DNA from: Candidatus Omnitrophota bacterium
GTDB taxonomy: Bacteria; Omnitrophota; Gorgyraeia; Zapsychrales; Fredricksoniimonadaceae
NCBI GenBank assembly: GCA_903836515.1
Contig: CAILQW010000012.1
Span: 1,792-65,791 of the forward strand
Length of the DNA stretch: 64,000 nucleotides
Direction: 5' to 3'
Shown: in pieces, positions 11,057 to 23,281 of the stretch
Layout: each line of letters begins with the position of its first letter
Numbering within the stretch: position 1 is the first letter of the stretch
Made by a program: the position numbers and the translations under genes
Notes under the pieces: model-generated
Databases searched by the model: none
The model's input: the letters and a program-made list of their open reading frames with translations, nothing else
What the model was told of the DNA's origin: nothing

Positions 11057-11350
11057 TCAAGCGATGGAAGGTGCGAAGGCGGCGGAATCAGCGGCATCGA
11101 GCAGGATGGAAGCCTTGTTGTTGACAACCTCAAAGAAACCCGGATGTATTGTGGTGAAAAGCACAGACGCTCCGGACAAAGGCTGGATCTCGAAAGGCCC
11201 TGCCCTCAACGACGCGATGATCGGCGCATGGTCTTTGAGGACGCCAAAATCCCCGGCCCCGCCGGGGACATGGACATAGCGGATATCCGCGTCGAAAAGG
11301 ACCTTCAACGGTGTCACCACGGTCAAATGCAGGAAAGATGTTTCGGCCAT
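11057..11350 (-). CDS. atpC: F1 ATP synthase epsilon subunit (short form, beta-sandwich only)
   Basis: Position after atpD; LHLTVVTPLKVLFDADIRYVHVPGGAGDFGVLKDHAP matches the epsilon N-domain. At 97 aa the C-terminal helical hairpin appears to be missing. Confidence 0.8.
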   Translation of the reverse strand: MAETSFLHLTVVTPLKVLFDADIRYVHVPGGAGDFGVLKDHAPIIASLRAGPFEIQPLSGASVLFTTIHPGFFEVVNNKASILLDAADSAAFAPSIA

Positions 11351-11356
11351 GATATT

Positions 11357-13618
<2,262 letters not shown>

Positions 13619-13619
<1 letters not shown>

Positions 13620-15142
13620 TATTTTTTAACGAATCCCGTCTTGAATTCAATGATCGCGGCCTTGAGCGCTTCGGCATTCTGGCCTTCCAGGTCACCTGTC
13701 GCATCGATCGACTTGGCCACAAGCGGATAGGACTTGGCCATGAACTGCAGGAATTCGATCTCGAAACGCTTGATAAGTTCAACGGGAAGATCGTCGAGAT
13801 AGCCGTTGACCGTCGCGGAAATCAGCATGACCTGCTGGGCCAGCGCGAGTGTCTGGTACTGCCCCTGCTTCAACACTTCCACCACGCGCTCGCCGCGCGT
13901 AAGCTGATCCTGCGTTGCCTTGTCCAGTTCCGAACCGAACTGGAGAAACGTGACAAGCTCCCGGTACTGCGCCAGATCCAGGCGCAGCTTGCCCGCGACC
14001 TTGCGCATGGCCTTGGCCTGCGCCTTGCCGCCGACACGCGAGACCGAAAGCCCGACGTTGATGGCCGGACGCACACCCGAAAAAAACAGGTCGGACTCCA
14101 GGTAGATCTGGCCGTCGGTGATCGAGATGACGTTGGTGGGGATATAACTTGTGATGTCGCCGCCCTGGGTCTCGATGATCGGCAGGGCCGTGAGAGAACC
14201 GCCGCCCAGCTCATCGGAAAGTTTGGCAGAACGCTCCAAAAGGCGCGAATGAAGATAAAAAATATCGCCGGGATAGGCTTCACGCCCCGGTGGACGGCGC
14301 AAAAGCAACGAAAGCTGGCGGTACGCCTGGGCATGCTTGGAAAGATCGTCAAACACGATCAGAACATCCTTGCCCTTGTACATAAACTCCTCACCCATCG
14401 CACAACCGGAATAAGGCGCGAGATACTGGGACGAAGCCGAGGTGCGGGAAGACGCGCTCACGATGGTGGTGTAATCCATCGCACCGTTCTTCTTTAATAT
14501 TTCCGCAACAGCAACGATACTGGAAATTTTCTGGCCGATGGCAACATAGATGCAATAAACATCCTTGCCCTTCTGATGGATGATCGTGTCAATGGCCACC
14601 GCGGTTTTCCCGGTCTGCCGGTCGCCGATGATGAGCTCTCGCTGGCCGCGACCAATGGGGATCATCGCATCAATGGCCTTGATACCGGTCTGAAGAGGGG
14701 TATTGATCGGCTGCCGCGACACCACATCCGGGGCCGCAAACTCCATGGGCCGGAACCGATCAGTATTGACCGGCCCGCGGCCGTCGATAGGAACGCCCAG
14801 CGCATTGACAACCCGGCCCTTGAGGGCCTCGCCCACAGGCACCTGGACAATCTTACCCGTGCGCTTGACGGTATCGCCTTCCTTGATGTTACGGTCGGGA
14901 TTATCCTTGCCGAAAATGATAACACCAACGCTGTCTTCTTCAAGATTGACGGCCATGCCGAACACGTTGCCGGGGAACTCGATGATCTCGCCCGCCATGA
15001 CGTCGTCAAGGCCGTAAATGCGCGCGATCGCATCGCCGACCTGGATGACCGTGCCAATGGACTCGGTCTTGATATGACTTTTAAAGCTCTCGAGTTCTGT
15101 CTTGAGAATGGAGGAAATTTCTTCGGGCCTCAGGGTACTCAT
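13619..15142 (-). CDS. atpA: F1 ATP synthase alpha subunit
   Basis: GDRQTGKT P-loop, 507 aa. Confidence 0.95.
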
Positions 15143-15699
15143 GGAACCACCTTCGCTTGAAGCATCTGTTTTTTAAGTTGCAAAAGCCTGTTGCGCACTG
15201 ATCCGTCAATGATGGTATTGCCGATCAATATCTGAACACCACCCAAAAGGTCGGGATCAAGTTCAAGGTAAAGATTGGCCTTTTTCCGGGCGATCGCCTC
15301 GACCCTTGCCTTGAGGCGCTCGATGACAGCCAGTTCCAGGGGGAACGTCGTGCGCAGAACAACATCCACGACCTGGCCATGGGAATATACGACCCGGATA
15401 TAATCCGCCACCTCGGCCAGGACATCGATGCGCCCTTTCGCCAGCAAATACCGGATGAACGTGCGCGTCTCTTCCGACAGAACCTCTCCCAGGACCCTGT
15501 CCACCAGCGCAGCTTTTTCAAGAACCGTCACTTCCGGCGCCCTTAAAAAATGCACAAAGTCGGGCGTATCGCGCATCACCGTTCGCAGGGCCTTCATGTC
15601 CTCGACGCAGCGCGACAGGTCAATCTTCTCCTGGGCGAATTCGATATACGCTTCCGCATATCTTTTGGCGACAAGTCTATTTTTCATGCGTTTTCTCAA
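15139..15699 (-). CDS. atpH: ATP synthase delta (OSCP) subunit
   Basis: Operon position and size; OSCP-like. Confidence 0.8.
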   Translation of the reverse strand: MRKRMKNRLVAKRYAEAYIEFAQEKIDLSRCVEDMKALRTVMRDTPDFVHFLRAPEVTVLEKAALVDRVLGEVLSEETRTFIRYLLAKGRIDVLAEVADYIRVVYSHGQVVDVVLRTTFPLELAVIERLKARVEAIARKKANLYLELDPDLLGGVQILIGNTIIDGSVRNRLLQLKKQMLQAKVVP

Positions 15700-16198
15700 G
15701 CTCGGCCAGGAGCGACTCGACGATCTTGCGGTCCCCCGCGAACGTCAGTTTTTCCTGGATCATCTGTTCGGTCACGTTCATGACCATGTCCACCACATCA
15801 CCCCTGAGGACCTCGCGTGAACGCACAAGCTCAAAACGCAATTCGGCTTTGGCGTCCTCGATAATCCGCTCGGCCTCGGCCCGCGCCTTTTCCTTGATCT
15901 CACGCGACTTGGCCTCGCCCAAATGCTCGACATCCTTCAGGCGTTTCTGCGCTGTTTCCTCGATGTTGGCCAGGGCCTTTTCCATTTCCACGCGGAAGCG
16001 GACGGCATCGGCCTTCACAGACTCGATAGCCTTCATCTCATCATCAATCTTCTTCCTGCGGCTTTCGAGGATCTCGAAAACCGGTTTCCAGAGAAATTTC
16101 TTCAATAAAAACAGCACCAGGAAGAAGCACACGATCTGGGCCGTGATCAGCTGAAGATTCAATAATTTAAAAAGTTCCATAACTATCCCATCCTCCAC
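15677..16198 (-). CDS. atpF: ATP synthase Fo subunit b
   Basis: Single N-terminal TM segment then a long charged helix; operon position. Confidence 0.8.
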   Translation of the reverse strand: MEDGIVMELFKLLNLQLITAQIVCFFLVLFLLKKFLWKPVFEILESRRKKIDDEMKAIESVKADAVRFRVEMEKALANIEETAQKRLKDVEHLGEAKSREIKEKARAEAERIIEDAKAELRFELVRSREVLRGDVVDMVMNVTEQMIQEKLTFAGDRKIVESLLAELEKTHEK

Positions 16199-16222
16199 CC
16201 CGGTTCAACGCCGGAGAGGAAA

Positions 16223-16456
16223 TTAGATCTTTCCGATAAGCGGGAACACAATGAAACCAAGCACATAAAAGATGATGGTTTCGATGATCGCGCAGCCCAA
16301 AAGCATGAGCGTCATGATCTTGCCCATGGCCTCGGGCTGACGTCCCAGGGCCTCCATGGCGCCGGAGACCGCATTCCCCAGGCCTGCGCCGACACCCAGC
16401 GCCGCAAGGCCAAGGCCGATCGGCAAACCGAAAGCTAATGCAGCATGAAAATCCAT
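16223..16456 (-). CDS. atpE: ATP synthase Fo subunit c
   Basis: 77 aa two-TM hairpin, GLGLAALGVGAGLG motif, conserved carboxylate in helix 2. Confidence 0.85.
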   Translation of the reverse strand: MDFHAALAFGLPIGLGLAALGVGAGLGNAVSGAMEALGRQPEAMGKIMTLMLLGCAIIETIIFYVLGFIVFPLIGKI

Positions 16457-16481
16457 TGTTCCCTCCTAGTTATGTTTAATT

Positions 16482-17231
16482 CTAATGATGCGCTTCTTCA
16501 TGTTTCATGATGAGTGAAAAATAAACAAGTGTCAGAATACTGAAAACAGCCGCCTGGATCGTGGATGTCAGAACGACCAGGATAAAATTCGGAAAAAGCC
16601 ACATGAAGCCGTCCTTGAGCCCCCAGCTGGCAAAAAGGGCAAGGATCATGTCATCCCCGTAAATATTGCTCCGTAAACGCAGGGAAAGGCTGATCGGGCG
16701 GACCAGCTCGCTGACAATATGGATCGAGAGCATGAAGACCGGCATGATCAGGGTAAAAGCCATAATCCCGCGGGGCTGCCCCATCAGATGATCGAAATAA
16801 CCCCCGAAACCAAGCTCCTTGACAGCGGTGTACTGGACATAAAAGAAAACGATCAGAGAAAGCCCCATGGTCGTGGACCATTCCGCATTGGGCGATTTGA
16901 AAAAAGGAATCAACCCAAGATAATTCATGGCCAGGATGTAGATAAATAGTGTTCCGACAAAAGGCGTGAACTTCCGGCCGCGGGGACCCAGGACGCTGTA
17001 AACGAAATCATCCACGAACGTAACCAGGAATTCCGCAGCACTCTGAAGACGTCCGGGGGATCCTATTTCGCGCTTGCGCGTAGCCAGCCAGGCAACAACG
17101 GACAAAAAGACAATAACAAAAACGGCATAAATCGTGCTTTCCCAGAAATGAAGAAAACGACCCAGGCCATTGTCCTTGTTCAGTTCGGCGATGAGGCCAA
17201 GAATATGTGGGAATTCGGGCGTTGAATTCAT
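16482..17231 (-). CDS. atpB: ATP synthase Fo subunit a
   Basis: Polytopic membrane protein with the conserved Arg-containing helix (LSLRLRSNIYGD). It is the first gene of the operon; no atpI is present. Confidence 0.85.
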   Translation of the reverse strand: MNSTPEFPHILGLIAELNKDNGLGRFLHFWESTIYAVFVIVFLSVVAWLATRKREIGSPGRLQSAAEFLVTFVDDFVYSVLGPRGRKFTPFVGTLFIYILAMNYLGLIPFFKSPNAEWSTTMGLSLIVFFYVQYTAVKELGFGGYFDHLMGQPRGIMAFTLIMPVFMLSIHIVSELVRPISLSLRLRSNIYGDDMILALFASWGLKDGFMWLFPNFILVVLTSTIQAAVFSILTLVYFSLIMKHEEAHH

Positions 17232-17362
17232 GCGTTTTTTCGTAAAAAGGTTAAAGGCTAGTTAAATAAAAAGTCTTCCTGGATGCGGGTTCCCGCTAGA
17301 AACAGGAGAATTCCGGATACGACCCAAGAAGACATCATTGCCTTCATCAAAAATTGTTTTTC

Positions 17363-17390
17363 ACTATAACATAATTGGAGATGTTGTCAA
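17363..17390 (-). promoter_or_regulatory. Sigma70-type promoter candidate for the atp operon (TTGACA-16 nt-TATAGT)
   Basis: Minus strand ttgacaacatctccaattatgttatagtg. The -35 box is at 17385-17390 and the -10 box at 17363-17368, ~130 nt upstream of atpB. Confidence 0.4.
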
Positions 17391-17400
17391 TTGGAAGACC

Positions 17401-17441
17401 GGAAAAATACGCGGGGAAGGGCATGAACCACCCTTCCCCGC
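17401..17441 (-). terminator. Rho-independent terminator after glnB
   Basis: Minus strand gcggggaaggg-tggttcatg-cccttccccgc, an 11 bp GC stem, followed by gtatttttcc. Confidence 0.6.
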
Positions 17442-17449
17442 GCAACTGT

Positions 17450-17793
17450 TCATCCGATCGAGATGCTGCCGCGCTCTTCAGTGCGGATGCGGATCGACTG
17501 TTCCAGCGGCAGGATGAATATCTTGCCATCCCCCGTCTCACCTGTCTTGGCACCCCTGATGATCGCCTTGACAGTCGTCTCAACGAAGTTATCGTTGACC
17601 GCGATCTCCAGACGGACCTTGCGCAGGAGATTCCCCATCTCCTTGGCCCCGCGATAGATCTCGGTCACACCCTTCTGCCGGCCATGCCCGAGGACTTCGC
17701 TGACGGTCATAAGGTTGACCTCCGCCTTATAAAGCTCATCACGCACGTCGTCAAGTTTACCGGGTTGAATGATCGCAATGATCATCTTCATTG
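17450..17793 (-). CDS. glnB: Nitrogen regulatory protein P-II
   Basis: [16 protein letters not shown]...GDGKIFI P-II signature; ATG 17793 preceded by AGGAGG; cotranscribed downstream of amt (GlnK-like context). Confidence 0.9.
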
Positions 17794-17819
17794 TATTATC
17801 CTCCTTTAACTTTATCTGA

Positions 17820-19046
17820 TTACTCCAACATTGTATAAGCTCTCTCATGATGCTGGGTCAAGTCAAGGCCGACATCCTCTTCCTTGATAGTAACCCTCAT
17901 CCCCATGACCAGGTCGACAACCTTGAACAAAATAAAGGTCACGATCGTGGAATAGATCAGCGTGACAGCCACCGCTTTCACCTGGATCATGAACTGCGCC
18001 GGATTCCCGTAAAAGAAACCATCGTTGCCCGCCGCATTCACGAGTTTGGTCGCAAAGAGCCCCGTGGCCAAAGCGCCCCAGATACCCCCGATGCAATGCA
18101 CACCAAAAGCGTCGAGCGCATCGTCATAACCCAGCTTCGGCTTGATGACCGCCGCCGCCAGGTAGCAGAACACACTCACCAAAAGGCCGATGATGAGCGC
18201 GCCGGAAACATTGACAAACCCCGCCGCAGGCGTGATCGCCACAAGGCCAGCCACAGCGCCTGAAGCCACACCAAAAAGCGTCGGCTTGCCGTTACGGAAC
18301 CACTCGATGAACGCCCAGCTCAAGCCCGCCGCCGCTGCCGCGACATTGGTCACAACAAACGCGTTCGCCGCCAGGCCGTTGGCCGCCAGGGCAGAACCAG
18401 CATTGAAACCGAACCAGCCAAACCACAATAACGCCGTTCCCAGCGCCACAAACGGAAGGTTATGCGGCGAAGGAATATGCTTGTCGGCATTCTTGCGCGG
18501 CCCGATCATGAGCGCCGTCACCAGCGCCGCAATACCGGCATTGATATGAACGACCGTACCGCCGGCGAAATCCAGCGCCCCAATATTGCGGAGGAAACCG
18601 CCCATGCCCCATACCCAGTGGCAGATCGGCGCATAAACAAACGTCAGCCACAACACAATGAACACCACGAACGAGGAAAATTTCATCCTCTCGGCAAAAG
18701 CGCCGATGATGAGCGCCGGGGTGATCACCGCAAACATGGCCTGGAAGATCATAAAGGCCTGATGCGGGATGGTCGCGGAATAATCGTTGTACGGATCAAG
18801 CCCGACACCATTTAACATCGACCAGGATAACCCGCCCCAAAATCCCGTCCCTGGAGCAAACGCCAGGCTGTACCCGTAAACCACCCACAGGACACTGACC
18901 AGGCACAGGATAAAGAAACACTGCATCAGGACGCTTAAAACATTCTTCCTTCTGACCATCCCCCCGTAAAAAAACGCCAGCCCGGGTGTCATGAGCATGA
19001 CAAGGGCCGTTGAAACAAGGACCCATGCTGTATCTCCTGCATTCAT
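17820..19046 (-). CDS. amt: Ammonium transporter
   Basis: 11-TM Amt/MEP family; [10 protein letters not shown] and GAL..G motifs. Confidence 0.9.
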   Translation of the reverse strand: MNAGDTAWVLVSTALVMLMTPGLAFFYGGMVRRKNVLSVLMQCFFILCLVSVLWVVYGYSLAFAPGTGFWGGLSWSMLNGVGLDPYNDYSATIPHQAFMIFQAMFAVITPALIIGAFAERMKFSSFVVFIVLWLTFVYAPICHWVWGMGGFLRNIGALDFAGGTVVHINAGIAALVTALMIGPRKNADKHIPSPHNLPFVALGTALLWFGWFGFNAGSALAANGLAANAFVVTNVAAAAAGLSWAFIEWFRNGKPTLFGVASGAVAGLVAITPAAGFVNVSGALIIGLLVSVFCYLAAAVIKPKLGYDDALDAFGVHCIGGIWGALATGLFATKLVNAAGNDGFFYGNPAQFMIQVKAVAVTLIYSTIVTFILFKVVDLVMGMRVTIKEEDVGLDLTQHHERAYTMLE

Positions 19047-19234
19047 TTTTATACTCCTTTGTTATCACCGTTTCATCATTTTATTAAAGATCCTTCATCT
19101 GCAAGATCCAGCATGCCGGCTTGATCTTGAAAACGGAGAATCCCTTCCCAAACAAAAAACATTCCCCATGATACCTCCTTTTAATTCAAACCTGATTGTG
19201 CATGAACCCTGTTGCAATCCAACCCCGGTAAAAT

Positions 19235-19421
19235 AAAAAAACGCCTCCAATTCATTGATCCATGAATTGAAGACGTCTTTGTCTTCCGCCCTTTTGGGCC
19301 ATGCCCCTTGCGGGACTATGTCTAAAGTTACTTTACTTTATATCTACGGACAACTTCGCCCGTTATATTTCACGGCCTGTTCGGCCGTGCTAGGTCTCAT
19401 AGATCCATGAGACCACATTTG
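19235..19421 (-). ncRNA. Candidate structured leader or small RNA upstream of amtB
   Basis: Lies between a sigma70-like promoter (-35 at 19452-19457, -10 at 19429-19434) and a hairpin plus U7 tract (19235-19241). It contains perfect hairpins ggtctcat/atgagacc, cacggcc/ggccgtg and caattcat/atgaattg. Confidence 0.25.
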
Positions 19422-19428
19422 TATATTA

Positions 19429-19457
19429 ACTATACTCCCTGACCCCCAAAAATGCAA
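19429..19457 (-). promoter_or_regulatory. Sigma70-like promoter TTGCAT-17 nt-TATAGT
   Basis: Minus strand gcgcTTGCATttttgggggtcagggagTATAGTtaat. Confidence 0.35.
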
Positions 19458-19541
19458 GCGCTGAAATTTCATTTTTTATCGACGAGGAATGACTTTCTAA
19501 AGAAAATATTTCTGAAATTAATATCCAACACGCGCATCGCG

Positions 19542-19650
19542 TAAAAAAAGAGAGGGCGCTCTTCCGCTTTATCCCACAAGGCCACGCACCCCAAGCCTTC
19601 CCTGGCCCCCGCCAGAAAAGAGCGTATCCCGGTGATCGAGCGCCCTCTCT
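19542..19650 (-). terminator. spoVG 3' terminator: 13 bp perfect stem enclosing a 76 nt structured insert, followed by U7
   Basis: agagagggcgctc (19549-19561) is the reverse complement of gagcgccctctct (19638-19650). On the minus strand the 3' arm is followed by ttttttt (19542-19548). It begins 11 nt after the spoVG stop. Confidence 0.5.
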
Positions 19651-19660
19651 AATAATACAA

Positions 19661-19927
19661 TCAGGCCGTTATACGATAATGCTCGACAACCTTCTGGGAA
19701 AGATCATCATAGACCGCCGATGAACGGCAGACGACCTGATCATACCAGCGGTTGTCCTTGCCCTGTTCCTGCGGCATGGATACAAAAAGCCCTTTCTTCC
19801 CTTCGACAAGTCTGATCCCGCGTATCACCAGGGTGTCATTCACACACACATCCGCAAAGGCCTTAAGATTCCCTGCTTCGGGCAAACGATACATCTTTTC
19901 CACATTGAACGTGATATTCGACGACAT
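19661..19927 (-). CDS. spoVG: SpoVG family protein
   Basis: ITFNVEKMYRL...AFADVCVNDTLVIRGIRLVEGKKGLFVSMPQEQ...WYDQV aligns with B. subtilis SpoVG (VRLRRV...[31 protein letters not shown]). Confidence 0.8.
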   Translation of the reverse strand: MSSNITFNVEKMYRLPEAGNLKAFADVCVNDTLVIRGIRLVEGKKGLFVSMPQEQGKDNRWYDQVVCRSSAVYDDLSQKVVEHYRITA

Positions 19928-20143
19928 GATGCCTCCTTTTTATAGTCATATCGTGTGGGGGTCGCACATCTTGGATAGAATGTAACATATGTTTGATTAT
20001 TTGTCAATATATTATTTGCTTTTAAAGCAAAGGCAAGCCGGAACTCACTTTTAAAATTTTGCATTTATTAATGACAAATGCGTTGTTGTATCATCAAATT
20101 GTGGTAGAATAAACTACATTTATCAGATTAAAAGGAGACACCC

Positions 20144-20698
20144 ATGTTGAAAGAAATAGGCGCCCACATACGCCACATCCGCAAAATTAAGAAAATATCC
20201 CTGACGGCACTGTCAAAGGTCAGCGGTGTTCAGATCGCCACGCTCTCGCGCATCGAGAACGGCAAAATGACCGGAACCCTGGAATCGCACCTTAACATCT
20301 CCAAGGCGCTGGGTGTGAGCATCACGGAACTTTACCAGGGACTCCAGGAAACAGCCCTCAACGCGGTCAAGGCGGAAGATTCTCCGGAAACCCTGCTGGC
20401 CGCCAACGACAAGGTTTCCTGCGAGATCCTCTCCCGCCAGGCAGCATCCAAGAAAATGCTCCCGGTCCTGATCAAAATGAACGGCCGCGCGGCCACCACC
20501 CCCGAACAGGGGGAACCTGGCGCGGAACGCTTCATCTTCGTCCTGGAGGGAACGGTCATCGTCAAGATCAAAGACCAAGCCGTCAAGCTCGAGAAGAACG
20601 CATCGCTCTATTTTAGCGCATCCTCCGTGCACACCATCGAGAATCCGGGTGCGGGCCATGCCAGGATCATCTCGGTGATGACACCGCCATCCCTATGA
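20144..20698 (+). CDS. XRE-family HTH transcriptional regulator with C-terminal cupin domain
   Basis: LTALSKVSGVQIATLSRIENGK HTH; the C-terminal beta-rich region resembles a cupin; RBS AAAGGAG. Confidence 0.8.
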   Translation: MLKEIGAHIRHIRKIKKISLTALSKVSGVQIATLSRIENGKMTGTLESHLNISKALGVSITELYQGLQETALNAVKAEDSPETLLAANDKVSCEILSRQAASKKMLPVLIKMNGRAATTPEQGEPGAERFIFVLEGTVIVKIKDQAVKLEKNASLYFSASSVHTIENPGAGHARIISVMTPPSL

Positions 20699-21042
20699 AT
20701 ATCATCCTGATCTACTCACCCGAGGAAAGAACACGCGAGGAAATCAAGGCGGCGCTGGCCAACCATATGGCGCTTGTCACCATTGAAGACCGCGAACAAT
20801 TCCTGGAAGCCCTGAAACAAAAGACACCTTTTCACAAGGCGTTCATGGATGTCCGCAACGTGCAGGAAGAGGCGGATCTGGAACTTTTTACGGAAGCTGA
20901 TGCCTTGAGACCGGGACTGAAAATGATCGCCCTGGGCCGGCATGAAACAGAAGAACTCGCTGTTGAAGCGGTACGTCAGGGGGCTGACGGCTATATCCTG
21001 CTCCCCCTCACGGCTGATGCGATCCTGACCGCGGCGCGCTAA
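20695..21042 (+). CDS. Stand-alone atypical CheY-like receiver domain protein
   Basis: Receiver-like fold, but the acidic pair is SPEE and the conserved T/S and K positions are replaced (IALG, GYILLP). It overlaps the XRE gene by ATGA. Confidence 0.55.
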   Translation: MNIILIYSPEERTREEIKAALANHMALVTIEDREQFLEALKQKTPFHKAFMDVRNVQEEADLELFTEADALRPGLKMIALGRHETEELAVEAVRQGADGYILLPLTADAILTAAR

Positions 21043-22057
21043 ATCCGGGTTCAAGCGGCAGCCCCTCGTCGCGCACCACAGACAGGAACCTGGCGAACCA
21101 TTCCTTCTTCACACCCTCGGATCGTTCCAGCTTGTTGAACTCGCTGCGAAATATGCGGTAAATACGGGCATAACTGCCCGCTACGACCTTCGTCATCTCG
21201 GCCGGTGTTATATTGGAATGCGCCGGGTCATAGACCATCTGCCCATCCCGGGCCTTAAATGCCACACGGCGATCCAATGTGAACAAGGGCAAAGACTTCG
21301 CGCCTTTGCGCTCGGGGTTCCCCGCCGCAAACGTGATAGCATAATCCGCCGCCAGCCCCTCTTGGCCATACACCACGGAAGCCTTGACATCAAAATCAAG
21401 AAGACCGATCCCCGCCCGCCGGGCCTCGCTGGGTAATGCCAGAAGAAGCCTGACCGATTCCCCGTCAAGGCGGTAGATCTGGACAAATTTTGTCAGATAT
21501 CCTTCCCCGCTGCCCGCCACGCTCACAACGCTCGCCAGCCCGTTATCGATCAACTTGAACGAAGGATCCGCCTTGTTGTTGTCGAACACATCAATATGCC
21601 CGAAATACACCCAGTCATCGCTCCTCGACTTAAAGAGCAGGTACTGATAATCCGGAAAACGCAAGCTGTCGCTGGACACCCGCAAGGCCCTGTAATCTCC
21701 AAATTCGTATTCCCTGACGACGGGATACGGGAGAACACAGTCCGTATACGCCGCGTAACTGCAGCCAAAAAGGTAGGCGTCGCGTAAGGGCGCATGCCAG
21801 GCTTCCTTGGGGGCCAAATGCGCCCCCACCCCGATTTTCTTCCAGAGCTTGCCGATATGCACCCCAGGGTAATAATAATCCTCAACCTTGGCGCCGGACT
21901 TCTTGAAAAGAACGCTCGCTGCCCGCTGATAATAAGGATCCGTGTCCGCGAAGAACTTCTCGACGTCAAGGTAGGAAACCGTTTTGGGGATAAACAAGAG
22001 CGCGATGGCGATGGCCACCAGGGTGACAGGAACGAATTTGAGAAACTGATTCTTCAT
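21008..22057 (-). CDS. Hypothetical membrane-anchored protein (N-terminal TM, ~330 aa extracytoplasmic domain)
   Basis: ATG 22057 with a GGAGA RBS; N-terminus MKNQFLKFVPVTLVAIAIALLF; no recognisable domain. Confidence 0.5.
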   Translation of the reverse strand: MKNQFLKFVPVTLVAIAIALLFIPKTVSYLDVEKFFADTDPYYQRAASVLFKKSGAKVEDYYYPGVHIGKLWKKIGVGAHLAPKEAWHAPLRDAYLFGCSYAAYTDCVLPYPVVREYEFGDYRALRVSSDSLRFPDYQYLLFKSRSDDWVYFGHIDVFDNNKADPSFKLIDNGLASVVSVAGSGEGYLTKFVQIYRLDGESVRLLLALPSEARRAGIGLLDFDVKASVVYGQEGLAADYAITFAAGNPERKGAKSLPLFTLDRRVAFKARDGQMVYDPAHSNITPAEMTKVVAGSYARIYRIFRSEFNKLERSEGVKKEWFARFLSVVRDEGLPLEPGFSAPRSGSHQP

Positions 22058-22176
22058 GCTTTTCTCCGTAGCAAATGGTCGCAACTATACCGCAGGTTAC
22101 ATTGAACTTAACGGGCATCAGATAAAATTTTACCCCCTCACGGGGTCGGAGGAGATCTCTTGAATCAACCCCGCCT

Positions 22177-22626
22177 TCAGGCTGTTTTCTTGAAACAGCC
22201 GCAGGTATCACGGCTGTCCTGCAAGAGGAACGCCACAATGCCCCCCTGCACCGGTACCAGGATCATCATGGAAAGCGTCCAGTATGCCACCACAGCCGTA
22301 TTGACCGTCATAAACACATAGGTCGCAATCATGCCCGGCACGATCCCGGCAGCCCATACACAAAGGCCATAGGCCAGCCCCTTTTTCCAGGTCGGCATGC
22401 CCTCAAACGCCTTGCGAAGCAGCTGATAAACCGCCACAAAAAGAAACGACGCCAGGAACATCCCCGCAAACAGCCGTTTGCTCGGCCCCATCGGACGCCA
22501 CACGTTGACAGGCGCCAGGGTATACACCCAGCTGAAAATCCCCCCGCACAACGTGACCCCTGCGATGATCTTGAACACAAACACAGCCACCGTGGCTAAA
22601 AATTTTTTCCCGCAATCACATTTCAT
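22177..22626 (-). CDS. Hypothetical small 4-TM membrane protein with terminal CxC motifs
   Basis: MKCDCGKK... ...DTCGCFKK; four hydrophobic helices. Confidence 0.45.
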   Translation of the reverse strand: MKCDCGKKFLATVAVFVFKIIAGVTLCGGIFSWVYTLAPVNVWRPMGPSKRLFAGMFLASFLFVAVYQLLRKAFEGMPTWKKGLAYGLCVWAAGIVPGMIATYVFMTVNTAVVAYWTLSMMILVPVQGGIVAFLLQDSRDTCGCFKKTA

Positions 22627-22750
22627 AGAAGCCTCCCCGGTTAAGAAGAATCAAACATAAAATAGAATTATAAACCCACCTTTAATTTTAGGACATCATT
22701 TTCTTGCGCCATAAAGTTAACGCGGCAGGTGCCGGCACGCATAAAAACGG

Positions 22751-23281
22751 TTACACGGGAGTCTCGATCAATTCCACAAGCTTGGGATAAACAACGGCCG
22801 TCTTCTGATAAGGCTGCTGCGGGTCGATCATGTCGTGAAACGCTGCGACAGTTTTATCAAACTTGTAACGCGTGACATGAACATAGCCGTGCCTTTGCCA
22901 TTGCGCTATCACCCTGTCGAGATTCTTCTCGTCAACCGCATCATCCAGTCCGCTTGTGATCACAACAATAGACCCGGCCTTTGGCGCCGCGCGCCTGGCC
23001 TGGCGCATCATGGACCAGCCCAGGCGCATGATCTGCGCCACACCACGGGTTGAAAATCCATAGTATGAGGACGTCGGCCCCATCAGGGCAGTTTTTTCTT
23101 TTTTATCCCACCACACAAACTTATTGGGTAAAATACGTTCCCGATGCTGCGGCACAAAGTGCTGGCCGTCAATCACCTTGTAGTGAACTTCATACCCAAG
23201 CTCGTCGCGCAGCGTCTGCAGAATAATCCGGAATGTCTCTCCCCCATTGTGTGAAGTGAGATTCTTGACATTCTCCAACAT
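22751..23281 (-). pseudogene. 3' remnant of a DNA (cytosine-5) methyltransferase gene (motifs VI-VIII retained; N-terminal motifs I-IV absent)
   Basis: [33 protein letters not shown]...GYEV...PQHRERI matches M.HhaI LFFDIIRIV..KPKVVFMENVKNF...PQKRERI; [10 protein letters not shown] resembles YSTRGIAITL. The upstream in-frame reading hits TAG and multiple stops, and the C-terminal region is degenerate (no GNSV). Confidence 0.6.

Noticed and set aside
17347-17583. 78 aa ORF overlapping glnB and its upstream region
   Set aside because: Arg/Ser-rich alternative frame overlapping the well-supported P-II gene and its terminator.
19095-19169. 24-codon ORF with a perfect RBS in the amtB leader, as a stand-alone gene
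   Set aside because: Too short, with no conservation evidence. It is kept only as part of the leader finding.
19047-19540. Sigma54 (-24/-12, TGGCAC-N5-TTGC) promoter for amtB
   Set aside because: No GG-N10-GC match with the correct spacing was found by eye. A possible NtrC-like TGCA-N11-TGCA near 19195-19215 has the wrong spacing.
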